DNA of 64,000 bases, from the NCBI GenBank assembly GCA_005893225.1, contig VBOT01000053.1:3462-67461 (forward strand), given 5' to 3'. The notes under the pieces were generated by a model, which saw nothing but the letters and a program-made list of their open reading frames with translations, did not search any database and was not told the origin of the DNA. Below, piece by piece: positions 1-9,120 of this stretch (its first letter is position 1; each line of letters opens with the position of its first letter). The translations under genes were made by a program, and so were the position numbers. This DNA comes from Candidatus Eiseniibacteriota bacterium (lineage in GTDB: Bacteria; Eisenbacteria; RBG-16-71-46).

Positions 1-652
1 CGCCAGTTTCAGGACACGCTTCACCACCGTTGATCGATTCATGGAAATGTCCCCGACGCAGGTGCCGCCCCGACCTGCCGGCTGGAAGTCGTACGTAACC
101 CAGGCCGACCGACACGGAACGGGAGCACGCGATGTCCGATGCCGGTCACGCTCGGCGGCCCACCGGATCCCGGCGGCGTGCCGGGGGCCGAGGCGGCCTC
201 GGCCGACGCGAGGCAGACGCCTCGCGTCGCGGGAGGAACTTAGGGGAGAAGGCGCAGACCTGCGCCCGAAGCCCTAGTTCACCTGCGCGTGAACACGGCG
301 GACACAGATCTCCCTTCGCATGGCGTGGCCTGACAGGAACGTGGCTCGCAGACGCAAGCCGTTGGGCAGTATCGGCTTCCTCCGGCGGGGCTGTCAACTT
401 CGAACCGGGTCCTCGACGTATCCCTCCGCGAGCGGGGCCCGCTCGCTCCGAGGAAGGTCCCGAGAAGATCGCCACGCGAGGGCCTGGGCGACTTCTCTTC
501 CGCCTAATACCAGCCAAACCGCAGTCAGTAGCATTCGATACTAAATTCGCAATGTTATATACTATTGATAATTGCGTCGATCGTAGGCTGGGCGGGGAGC
601 GCATCCCATCGATGTTCCCATCCGGCAAGACGTTCGAACGAGGAGGTCGACC

Positions 653-856
653 ATGCCGCGCGTGCCACGCACCACCTTCGGGCGGAACCCAACCCCCTTC
701 GTCCTTCCTAGGTCACGGAGCCTGTCGGTCGCCTGGGGAGCCGCCCTTGCCGCCCTGCTCATCGGTGTCGCCTGGAATCTCGCCGCCGCCCCTCCCCCCC
801 TCGACCCCATCACATCGTCGTCGTCATGGAGAACCGGCCCTACGACAAGGTCGTGA
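653..856 (+). CDS. signal-peptide-encoding 5' segment, in another frame, probably belonging to the phosphoesterase gene (joined through a frameshift in a C7 run at ~794-800)
   Basis: AGGAGG RBS lies 7 nt before ATG 653. The product MPRVPRTTFGRNPTPFVLPRSRSLSVAWGAALAALLIGVAWNLAAAPPP is a typical signal peptide, and its frame runs into the C-run immediately before HHIVVVMENR (frame 1). Confidence 0.5.
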   Translation: MPRVPRTTFGRNPTPFVLPRSRSLSVAWGAALAALLIGVAWNLAAAPPPLDPITSSSSWRTGPTTRS

Positions 857-3800
857 ACCAGCCCTATATCTCGAGCCTGATCGCGAACGGCGCCGTGTTC
901 ACGAACTCGTTCGCGCTCCTCCATCCGTCCCAGCCCAACTACATCGCGCTCTGGTCCGGCAGCACCCAGGGATGCGTGAACGACGTGTGCCCGGTGCCGG
1001 GCTCCCCCTTCACCACCGAGAACCTCGGCCACGCCTGCGAGGCCGCGGGTCTCAGGTGGCGCGCCTATTCCGAGGACTTGCCCTGGGCGGGCTCGGACAC
1101 CTGCCGGGCCAACAACCTCTACGCCCGGAAGCACGACCCCTGGGCGGATTTCGCGAACCTCAACCACGCCAACGAGCGTCCCTACACCGATCTCGCCGTC
1201 GACATCGCCAACGGCGCGTTGCCGGACCTGGCGTTCGTGATTCCCAACCTCTGTAACGACATGCACGACTGCTCGACGGCTCAGGGCGACACGTGGCTCG
1301 CGGGCAACGTTCCGGCCATGCTCGCCGCGCTGGGCCCGAACGGCCTGCTCGTGCTCACCTGGGACGAGGCCGACCATTCGCCCGGCAACCACATCCTCAC
1401 CGTCTTCTGCGGCCAGCCGGTGAAGCGCGGGTTCGCCAGCGCGGACACGGTCAACCACTACACGCTGCTGCGGGCGATCTGCGAGGGCCTCGGTCTAACG
1501 CCATTCATGGCCGCGGCGAGCGAACGGCCGATCGCCGGCGTATGGGCCGATCGCAACCTCGTCACCAACCCGTCCTTCGAGTCCTCCACCGCCGGATGGA
1601 ACGCCTACCACGGCGCCACCATCGCGCGCGTCCCGGGCGGGACCGACGGAGCCTACGCGCTCGAGATCCAGGGCCCCGCCAACACCGGTCCGTTCGGAGT
1701 CAACGACGCCCCCAACTGGGTGAGCCCGGTGGCCGCGGCCGGCGCCCGCTACCGCTGCACCGCCTGGGTCCGGTCCGCCACCGGCACGGGCAATGCCCAA
1801 ATCCAGGTCCGGGAGTTCGTGAGCGGAGTGCAGAAGGGAACCATGTTCCGCTCGCCGGCGGTGCCGCTGTCATCCGCCTGGCAGATGATCGCCACCGATT
1901 ATGTCGTCGCGAATCCCGGCACCACGCTCGACCTCCAGGTGATCGACGTTCCCGTGACGCCTGGCGAGGTGTTCCAGGCTGACGCCGTCTCGATCTACCT
2001 CGCCGGCACCGACCGGGCACCGGTGGTCACCGCGCCGGCCGTGACCGGCGCCGAGGGCTCGCCCATCACCGTGAACGTGACCGCCGTGGACCCGGACAAG
2101 AATCCGATCGGCACGCTCTCCGCCGACCTCTCGGCGCTGCCTCCGGGCAACAACGCGACCTTCGTTCCCGGCCCGGGCAATACCACGGGAACCCTGACCT
2201 GGACTCCGAGCTTCGCCGACGGGGGCCGTTCCTATCCGGTGTCGTTCACGGCCGGCAACGCTCTCACGGGCTCGACGCTCACCACCCTCACGATCGCCAA
2301 CGTGAATCGGCGGCCCCAAGCGTCTCTGGCCGTCGCCCCGGCGACCGGGGTGGCCCCGCTCGCGGTGAGAGCCGACGCCTCCGCCTCGACCGACCCCGAC
2401 GGGCCGCTCGCGAGCTACACGTTCGACTTCGGCGACGGCACGGTGGTCGGCCCGCAGAGCTCCCCGGTCGCGACGCACACCCTTGCTCCCGGAGGGTGGA
2501 CCGTCACGCTCGGGGTGAACGATGGCGAGGGCGGCACGGGCAGCGCCTCCATGCCCGTCACCGCCTACCCCAACCTGGTCGAGAATCCTTCGTTCGAATC
2601 TTCGACCGCGGGATGGAAGGCCTCGAGCGGCGTCACCCTCACGCGCGTTCCCGGCGGCTACGACGGCGCCTGGGCGCTCGAGGTTCAAGGCCCTCAGACC
2701 CTCACCATCTTCGAGGTCAACGACGCCCCCAACTGGGTGAACCCCGTGGCGGCGCCGGGGAGCCGCTACCGGTACACCGCCTGGGTACGCTCCGCCGCCG
2801 GCATCGGCAGCGCCAGGCTCAGAGTCCGCGAATTCCTGGGTGGGGTGCAGATCGGAGCCGTCGTCCGCTCGCAGGCCGTGGCGCTCTCGCCCGCCTGGCA
2901 GATGCTCACCTCGGAATTCGTGGCCACCACCGCTGGCTCGACCCTCGACTTCCAGGTGACCGACACCCCGGCCGCGCCCGGAGAAGTCTTCGATGTCGAC
3001 GCCGTCTCGATCTACCTGGCCGGAACCGACGCGGCCCCCACCGTCACCGCTCCCGGCGCGACCAGCGGCTCCGCGGGCACGCCGATCACCGTGAGGGTCA
3101 CCGCCTCGGACCCCGATGGCGATGCGATTCGCTCGCTGGTCGCCGACCTCTCCAGTCTGCCGCCGGGCAACGACGCGACGTTCACGCCCGATCCGAGCAA
3201 CACCTCGGGGAGCCTGACCTGGACGCCGGACCTCGCCGACGCCGGCAGGTCCTACTCCGTGACCTTCACCGCTTCCAATCCGCTCTCGGGCTCGGCCGTC
3301 ACGATCATCTCCGTCACGCGACCGAATCACCTTCCGATCGCGGCGCTCTCCGTGACGCCCCCCGCCGGCGTGGCGCCGCTCGCGGTCACCGCGGACGCGT
3401 CGGCCTCGACCGATCTCGACGGGCCGCTCGCAAGCTACGCGTTCGACTTCGGCGACGGCACGGTGGTCGGGCCGCAGGGCTCGCCGGTCGCCACCCACAC
3501 CTTCGCGCCGGGCGTCTGGAGGGTCACCCTCCGCGTCGACGACGGCGATGGCGGCAGCGATTTCGCCACGGCGTCCGTCACCGCGTACCGCAATCTGGTG
3601 ACGAACCCCTCGTTCGAGACATCGACCACCGGCTGGAACGGCTACGCCGGCGCCACCGTGGCGCGCACCCTGGGCGGTCATTCGGGAGCCTTCGCGCTGG
3701 CGGTCAAGGGCCCCGACACGACCACCGTGTTCGGGGTCAACGACGCTCCCGACTGGGTCAGCCCGGTTGCCGGCGCGGGCACTCGCTACCGTTTCGCTGC

Positions 3801-4440
3801 CTGGGTGCGTTCCGGCGGGGAGACCGACGGCAGCGCCGGGCTCCAGATCCGCGAGCTCCTGAACGGAGTCCAGCAGGCCCCCACGCTGCGCTCACCGGCG
3901 GTCCCGCTGTCGGCCGCCTGGCAGATGCTCACCGTCGATTACGTGGCGACGACAGCCGGGTCGAACCTCAACTTCCAGGTGATCGATTACCCGGTCGCGC
4001 GGGGCGAGACCTTCCTCACCGACGACATCTCGATCGTGATCGCTCCGGACGCCGCGACGGCCGCCGCGGCAGGGCGCGACTCGCGGGAGGAGAGCGGCGA
4101 GAGACCGGCGGCACCGACGTCGGCCGGCCCGCTCGGCTCACAAGAGGGCTGGGCAGGCCCGGAAGAGGCGTTCCGGGCCTCGGTCTCTCCCAATCCGTTC
4201 CTCTCCGGCGGCGCGCTGAGCTTCGGGATGCGCCGGGCCGGGCCGGTGCGTGCCCAGGTCTTCGATGTGCGCGGCCGATGCGTGCGGACCCTGATCGACG
4301 GGGACTGGCCCGCGGGACGTCAGATCATCGCGCTCGATGGTCGGGACGATCGGGGCGCGATGCTCCCGGCCGGGGTGTATTACTACCGCGTGCGCACTGC
4401 CGAAGGATCGCAGACGGGGCGGTTCCTGCTGCTGAGGTAG
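826..4440 (+). CDS. secreted multidomain phosphoesterase (phospholipase C / acid phosphatase family) with three tandem CBM-like modules, two PKD domains and a Por/T9SS-type C-terminal sorting domain; 5' end apparently frameshifted away from its signal peptide
   Basis: N-terminus HIVVVMENRPYD...NYIALWSG...DMHDC matches the PF04185 phosphoesterase signature (vvvlMENRSFD). Three ~340-aa repeats start NLVTNPSFESSTAGW. PKD-like ASASTDPDGPLASYTFDFGDGT occurs twice. The C-terminus GVYYYRVRTAEGSQTGRFLLLR is a sorting-domain-like tail. The in-frame region upstream of ATG 826 has no start codon and no signal peptide. Confidence 0.8.
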   Translation: MENRPYDKVVNQPYISSLIANGAVFTNSFALLHPSQPNYIALWSGSTQGCVNDVCPVPGSPFTTENLGHACEAAGLRWRAYSEDLPWAGSDTCRANNLYARKHDPWADFANLNHANERPYTDLAVDIANGALPDLAFVIPNLCNDMHDCSTAQGDTWLAGNVPAMLAALGPNGLLVLTWDEADHSPGNHILTVFCGQPVKRGFASADTVNHYTLLRAICEGLGLTPFMAAASERPIAGVWADRNLVTNPSFESSTAGWNAYHGATIARVPGGTDGAYALEIQGPANTGPFGVNDAPNWVSPVAAAGARYRCTAWVRSATGTGNAQIQVREFVSGVQKGTMFRSPAVPLSSAWQMIATDYVVANPGTTLDLQVIDVPVTPGEVFQADAVSIYLAGTDRAPVVTAPAVTGAEGSPITVNVTAVDPDKNPIGTLSADLSALPPGNNATFVPGPGNTTGTLTWTPSFADGGRSYPVSFTAGNALTGSTLTTLTIANVNRRPQASLAVAPATGVAPLAVRADASASTDPDGPLASYTFDFGDGTVVGPQSSPVATHTLAPGGWTVTLGVNDGEGGTGSASMPVTAYPNLVENPSFESSTAGWKASSGVTLTRVPGGYDGAWALEVQGPQTLTIFEVNDAPNWVNPVAAPGSRYRYTAWVRSAAGIGSARLRVREFLGGVQIGAVVRSQAVALSPAWQMLTSEFVATTAGSTLDFQVTDTPAAPGEVFDVDAVSIYLAGTDAAPTVTAPGATSGSAGTPITVRVTASDPDGDAIRSLVADLSSLPPGNDATFTPDPSNTSGSLTWTPDLADAGRSYSVTFTASNPLSGSAVTIISVTRPNHLPIAALSVTPPAGVAPLAVTADASASTDLDGPLASYAFDFGDGTVVGPQGSPVATHTFAPGVWRVTLRVDDGDGGSDFATASVTAYRNLVTNPSFETSTTGWNGYAGATVARTLGGHSGAFALAVKGPDTTTVFGVNDAPDWVSPVAGAGTRYRFAAWVRSGGETDGSAGLQIRELLNGVQQAPTLRSPAVPLSAAWQMLTVDYVATTAGSNLNFQVIDYPVARGETFLTDDISIVIAPDAATAAAAGRDSREESGERPAAPTSAGPLGSQEGWAGPEEAFRASVSPNPFLSGGALSFGMRRAGPVRAQVFDVRGRCVRTLIDGDWPAGRQIIALDGRDDRGAMLPAGVYYYRVRTAEGSQTGRFLLLR
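1555..4060. repeat. three tandem ~1020-nt intragenic modules (CBM-like + PKD) in the phosphoesterase gene; the third copy lacks the PKD part
   Basis: Repeat units begin at ~1555, ~2575 and ~3595 (NLVTNPSFESS / NLVENPSFESS / NLVTNPSFETS). Each unit ends in VSIYLAGTD followed by a PKD-like segment. Confidence 0.7.
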
Positions 4441-4541
4441 AGCGTCACCATCGCCTGACGATCGCCTCGCGCTTCTTTCACTCGCGCTTCTTTCTCTTGC
4501 GTCGCGCTCAGCCCGTGCACTAGCGTGGCGATCCGGCTCCC

Positions 4542-6995
4542 GTGCCTCCTTCACCCGCCCCGCACGGGACGCCCATGCATCATCCTCGCCTCTCGCTCGC
4601 CGCCCTCGCGCTCGGGATCTTCTTCGCTCGCTCGGCCCCTGCCCAACCCCGACCACAGCTCGTCGTCCAGCTCGTCCCCGCGGCCCGCCCGGCCCAGGTC
4701 GCGGCGAGAGCCCGCGGAGCGACGTCGCTCGAATCGACCGGGCTCCTGCCGCTCCGATCGCTGGCGGAGGGCCTCCCGGTTCCCGTGTCCGCGCGCGACG
4801 GCGAAACCCGCAATCCCTTCGATCTCGATCCCGAGCGCGTCTGGCTCTTCGAGGCCCGTGACTCGGCCGCCGCCGAGGCCGCCGCACGCGCTCTGGCCGA
4901 CGATCCCGACGTCGAATGGGTCGAGCGCAACCAGCCGCGAGAACCCGCTGTCACCGCCCCCGCCTCACCCGCCGCGCCCACCGGCCTCGACCCTACATTC
5001 CCCAACGATCCCCTGTTCCGCGACTCGCGCCAGTGGGCGCTCGCGAACCGCGGGCCCTCAGGTGTCTACGGAGGGGCGGCGGGCGCCGACATCCACGCGC
5101 TGGAAGCGTGGGCTCTCTCGACCGGATCGAACGACCTGAGGCTCGCGGTCGCCGACACTGGGGTCGACCCCGATCATCCCGACCTCCAGGCTGCCGTCCC
5201 GGACGGCGGCCTCCGCATCGTGCTCGGCCTCAACGTCACGGCCGACCCGAGCTCCGGCGCGTGGGCGGATACCTACGGTCACGGCACCCCGGTCGCGGGC
5301 GTGATGGCGGCGCGCACGGGAGAAGGCGCCCACTTCGATTCGCTCGGGATCGCGGGAGTGTGCGGCGGCGACGGGCTCCTCAACGCCGGCTGCCGGATCG
5401 TGCCGATCAGGATCACCGCCGGCACGGCGAGCGGCGCGTCATCGTTCGACATCGCGCGCGCCGCGCTCTACGCCGCGGCGGTGGGCGCTCGCGCCATGAA
5501 CCTCTCGTACGCGGGCTCGGGACCGAGCCGCCTCGAGCGCGAGGCGCTCTACCACGCGCTCACGCACGGCTGCGTGGTCGTGGCGGCGGCCGGGAACCGT
5601 GGCGCGATCGGGCGCGGGGACGCGCCTCAGTACCCGGCCGCCTACGCCGCCGACGGCCTCTGCATCCAGGTCGGGGCGAGCGACTCCTTCGACCGGCGCG
5701 CGGCGTTCTCCTCGTTCGGCCCCGGGCTCGATCTCGTGGCGCCGGGGGTCGACATCTGGACCACGTCCATGCTGCATCCGAGCCCCTACGGCGCCCTCTA
5801 CGACGGCTACCTCGCGGCCTCCGGCACCTCGTTCGCGGCGCCGCTCGTCACCGGATCGGTGGGCCTCCTCGCCGCCGCGCGGCCCGAGTTGCTCGATACC
5901 GACTTCCAGCATCTCGTCCGCGAAAGCGCCGGCGACATCGGCCAGCCGGGCGTCGATCGCGAGACCGGATGGGGGAGGCTCGACGCCGCGGCGGCGCTCC
6001 GATCGGTCACGCCCGAGATGGGAATCTGGCACGACGAGGCCGCGGCCGAATCCCTCGCCCCGACGACACTCGATTCGCTCTCGGTGGGAGAGGCCGGCCC
6101 GGGCACGATGGACCGGGTGCGGAGCTGGCCCAGAGCGCGCCGCATCGAAGCCAGCGCCATCGTGGCGCTTCCCGATTCGTTCCTGGGGCCGGTCCGCGTC
6201 TGGCCGCGCGTGGGCGGCACCATGACCGTGCGGGGCGAGTTCCGTCTCCCCTACTTCGCCCCCTGGGCCGAGGTCGCCCGCGCCGATTCCGGCTCGTTCA
6301 CGCTGCGCGGCTACCTCTACCGCTCCGAGGACTGCGTGGAGTGCCCGGAAGACGACTTCCTCCCGCTCCCGCCCGACCAGGCGCGATTCGGGTTCACCGT
6401 GATCGGTCGCGTGGACCGGCCGCCGAGCCTCGTCCTCGCAGCTCCCGACACCGCCTACCGCGCCGCGCCCGGCGACACGCTGCGGCTCGCGTGGCGGGCC
6501 GAGGATCCGGACCAGGTCTCGGCGATGGAGGTGTGGATTGAGGGGCGAGTCGCCTCGGTGAGGCTCGCGCGCCTTCCCGGCAACGAGACGAGCGTGGCCC
6601 TGGTCGTGCCCTGCCCGGCTCCTTTCGAGGGTCCTGGGCTGCTGCGCGTCATCGCGCTCGACGAGCACGGGCATCGCGATGCCTCGTCACGCACCCGGCC
6701 GATTGAGTTGGGTGCACGTCCGTGCCCCGGGGCGCGCATGACGGCCACACGCCTTGTCACAACCCCCAACCCGTTTCGAGATGCAATATGGATCTCGGCG
6801 CCCCATACTCGATTCATAACCATCCTCGATGTTTGCGGACGGATCGTGCGCCGCACTCTCTCCGATGATTCCGTCCGCGGTTTCCAGTGGGACGGGCGTG
6901 ATGACGCCGGCCGTGGCCTCGGACCGGGGCTCTACCTGGTGCGAGCCGAGGGCGTGGGGGGATCCGTGAACCGCAAGGTGCTCAAGATTGAGTAG
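4542..6995 (+). CDS. secreted subtilisin-like serine peptidase (S8 family) with Por/T9SS-type C-terminal domain
   Basis: Signal peptide MHHPRLSLAALALGIFFARSAPA. Catalytic triad motifs are present: D in AVADTGVD, H in HGTPVAGV, S in GTSFAAPLVTG. The C-terminal tail is LYLVRAEGVGGSVNRKVLKIE. Confidence 0.85.
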   Translation: MPPSPAPHGTPMHHPRLSLAALALGIFFARSAPAQPRPQLVVQLVPAARPAQVAARARGATSLESTGLLPLRSLAEGLPVPVSARDGETRNPFDLDPERVWLFEARDSAAAEAAARALADDPDVEWVERNQPREPAVTAPASPAAPTGLDPTFPNDPLFRDSRQWALANRGPSGVYGGAAGADIHALEAWALSTGSNDLRLAVADTGVDPDHPDLQAAVPDGGLRIVLGLNVTADPSSGAWADTYGHGTPVAGVMAARTGEGAHFDSLGIAGVCGGDGLLNAGCRIVPIRITAGTASGASSFDIARAALYAAAVGARAMNLSYAGSGPSRLEREALYHALTHGCVVVAAAGNRGAIGRGDAPQYPAAYAADGLCIQVGASDSFDRRAAFSSFGPGLDLVAPGVDIWTTSMLHPSPYGALYDGYLAASGTSFAAPLVTGSVGLLAAARPELLDTDFQHLVRESAGDIGQPGVDRETGWGRLDAAAALRSVTPEMGIWHDEAAAESLAPTTLDSLSVGEAGPGTMDRVRSWPRARRIEASAIVALPDSFLGPVRVWPRVGGTMTVRGEFRLPYFAPWAEVARADSGSFTLRGYLYRSEDCVECPEDDFLPLPPDQARFGFTVIGRVDRPPSLVLAAPDTAYRAAPGDTLRLAWRAEDPDQVSAMEVWIEGRVASVRLARLPGNETSVALVVPCPAPFEGPGLLRVIALDEHGHRDASSRTRPIELGARPCPGARMTATRLVTTPNPFRDAIWISAPHTRFITILDVCGRIVRRTLSDDSVRGFQWDGRDDAGRGLGPGLYLVRAEGVGGSVNRKVLKIE

Positions 6996-8244
6996 AGCGG
7001 GCCGCCGGCCGCGACACCGCGCGCGGTCGTCCCTCCTCGCCATCGTGGCGCTGGGCGGGGCGACCGGCTGCGGCGAGCCGCACCATCTCGAGGACTGGGT
7101 CTCGGTGCGCGAGGTCACGCCCTCGTTCCTGCTCCCGATCGAGGCCTCGGACCCGGCCCTGGCCGCCGACGCTCACGGGCGCGTGGCGCTCACCTACGTG
7201 ACGGGCTCCGGAACCTCGAAGGACCTCTGGCTGTCCATCTCGCAGGACAGCGGCGTCACGTTCGCATCCGCCATGCGAATGAACGAGCGCACGGGGAGCG
7301 TCGCTTCGTTCCCCGAGGGCCGCCCGTGCGCGGCCCTCGGCCCCAGCGGCCAGATCGCCGTGGCGTGGGCCGAGCGACGCGCCGCCGACTCCTCGGCCGC
7401 CATCGTGCTGCGCGCGAGCGGGGACGGTGGCGCCACGTTCGGCCCTCCGGTCCCGCTCGGCCACGGGGAACGCCCGCCCGATTCAGCTCTCTACGGGCTT
7501 CCTTGCCTCACCTACCTTCCCGATGGATCGCTGTTCGCCGCCTGGTTCGAGGGTAGTCGTCCGGCGCGCGGACCCCGGGTCGCGTCGCTCTACGGATCGG
7601 TGAGCCCCGACGGCGGCATGACCTGGCCCGGGAGCCGCAGGCTCTCCGACGACGCATGCCCCTGCTGCCGGCCGGTGGCGCTCGGCGACGTCGAGGGACG
7701 CCTGGTGCTCGGCTACCGCCGCCGTGACGGAGACCTGCTCGATCCGGCGCTCGCGATCCTCGACGATGTGGGCCGCGTGACGCTCGACACGGTGATTTCG
7801 AACGAGCGGTGGCTGGCCGTCGCCTGTCCTGCCGAGGGGCCCGCGCTCTCGGCGAGCGGCCCGGGCTCGGGACGCTATGCCTGGTACACGGGTTCCGGGG
7901 ACGCGGGAGTCTACGTGGTCGCCTGGCGCGCCGATCGAGGAGCCGCCGGCGTGCCGCGCCGGCTGGACGACAGCCTCGCCGAGGCTCGCAGCCCGCGGCT
8001 CGCGGCGATGAGCCGGGCCACGCTGGTGGCCGTGGACGCTCGCCCCCTGCGCGACAGCAGCGAGTCGGTGATCGCGGTGCGCGTGCTCGACGAGACCGGA
8101 ACCCTCACCCCCTGGACCTTCCTCGGCGCCGAGGCCAGCGGCGGCTGGATCGCGGGCACCGATTCGCGCACCGCGCTGGCGTGCTGGATCGAGCGAGGCG
8201 GCGAAAAGGATCGCGTGAGGGTGGCGAGGCTCAGGCGGAGGTAA
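6988..8244 (+). CDS. BNR/Asp-box repeat lipoprotein (sialidase/glycosyl-hydrolase-like beta-propeller)
   Basis: TTG start. Lipoprotein-like signal LLAIVALGGATGC. Repeated S-x-D-x-G-x-T-W/F motifs: SQDSGVTF, SGDGGATF, SPDGGMTW. Confidence 0.7.
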   Translation: MSRAGRRPRHRARSSLLAIVALGGATGCGEPHHLEDWVSVREVTPSFLLPIEASDPALAADAHGRVALTYVTGSGTSKDLWLSISQDSGVTFASAMRMNERTGSVASFPEGRPCAALGPSGQIAVAWAERRAADSSAAIVLRASGDGGATFGPPVPLGHGERPPDSALYGLPCLTYLPDGSLFAAWFEGSRPARGPRVASLYGSVSPDGGMTWPGSRRLSDDACPCCRPVALGDVEGRLVLGYRRRDGDLLDPALAILDDVGRVTLDTVISNERWLAVACPAEGPALSASGPGSGRYAWYTGSGDAGVYVVAWRADRGAAGVPRRLDDSLAEARSPRLAAMSRATLVAVDARPLRDSSESVIAVRVLDETGTLTPWTFLGAEASGGWIAGTDSRTALACWIERGGEKDRVRVARLRRR

Positions 8245-8296
8245 CGCCTGGATGCACGGTCGTCCGACCGAAACGCGAGACTGATATAGTGAAGAT

Positions 8297-8491
8297 ATGA
8301 GAAGGAAACGGGTCTCTCGCCGGACGGCCCCGGGCGGCGTGGCCGCAAGACGTCTCGCCGAGGCGGAGCGGCTGTTCCAGGACTTCAGGGAGCTCACGCC
8401 CTATCGCTTCAGACCGTTCGTCCGGAGCTTCGCGAGCTTCGCCCAATACGAGCGCTGGAGACGTGCCCAGAAGAACCCCTGGTACCGATAA
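8297..8491 (+). CDS. small basic hypothetical protein (64 aa), overlapping the downstream nucleotidyltransferase gene
   Basis: ATG follows an AT-rich spacer. Coding-like GC3. Its 3' end overlaps the next ORF by 29 nt. Confidence 0.45.
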   Translation: MRRKRVSRRTAPGGVAARRLAEAERLFQDFRELTPYRFRPFVRSFASFAQYERWRRAQKNPWYR

Positions 8492-8945
8492 CCGCGTCCT
8501 GCGCCTGTGCCGACTGCTCAACCGGCATCGCGTCCGGTACCTGCTGGCCGGAGGTGTCGCGGCGAACCTCCACGGCTCCGTCCGGGCAACCAAGGACGTC
8601 GATATCCTGGTCCCCAGGGACCGGGCCAACATGGAGCGCCTTCTCGAGGCTCTCGGCGAGCTTCCCTGGGGCGTGGCCCGGGATCTGGACCCGGCCGAGG
8701 TGTCCGAGAAGGCGGTCACCATCGTGGGTGATGATCCGAGAGTGGACATTCTCACCATCGCCTGGAGCGTGACCTTCGAGCGCGCCGACCGCTCCAAGAT
8801 CGTGCGGCGCATCCAGGGCGTCCGCGTGCCGTACCTCGGACTGCGGGACCTCATCCTCTCCAAGAAGACCGGGCGCGCGAGGGACGACGCCGACATCGAA
8901 GCGCTCGAGCCGGCGCGACCGAGACGCCGGCGCCGGCGACCCTAG
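8463..8945 (+). CDS. minimal nucleotidyltransferase (MNT/Pol-beta fold) family protein
   Basis: hGS...D-x-D motif LLAGGVAANLHGSVRATKDVDILV. C-terminal LILSKKTGRARDDADIEAL is typical of small NTase families. Confidence 0.6.
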   Translation: MPRRTPGTDNRVLRLCRLLNRHRVRYLLAGGVAANLHGSVRATKDVDILVPRDRANMERLLEALGELPWGVARDLDPAEVSEKAVTIVGDDPRVDILTIAWSVTFERADRSKIVRRIQGVRVPYLGLRDLILSKKTGRARDDADIEALEPARPRRRRRRP

Positions 8946-9120
8946 ATCGGCGCGAACGAGATCCGCCTCGCGAGATCTCGCTCGCAATTGCCCGTCCATT
9001 CGGCCGCATGCTAGGCTGCGCGAACTTTTTCACCGTCGGCCGGATGTCGGGCGCGGCTGGCGCGAAGGTAGGCTGCCCGACCCGCGCCAGGACGCCCGCA
9101 ACCTCACCGAGGACTCCACC

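Noticed and set aside
1-652. ORFs 41-277(+), 132-1256(+), 146-628(-), 320-544(+), 562-1458(-)
   Set aside because: Arg/Pro-rich, overlapping one another and the phosphoesterase gene, with no domain signals. The region looks like a long 5' leader or intergenic region. A real minus-strand gene probably starts at 42..40 and runs out of the window (MNRSTVVKRVLKLA...), too short to call.
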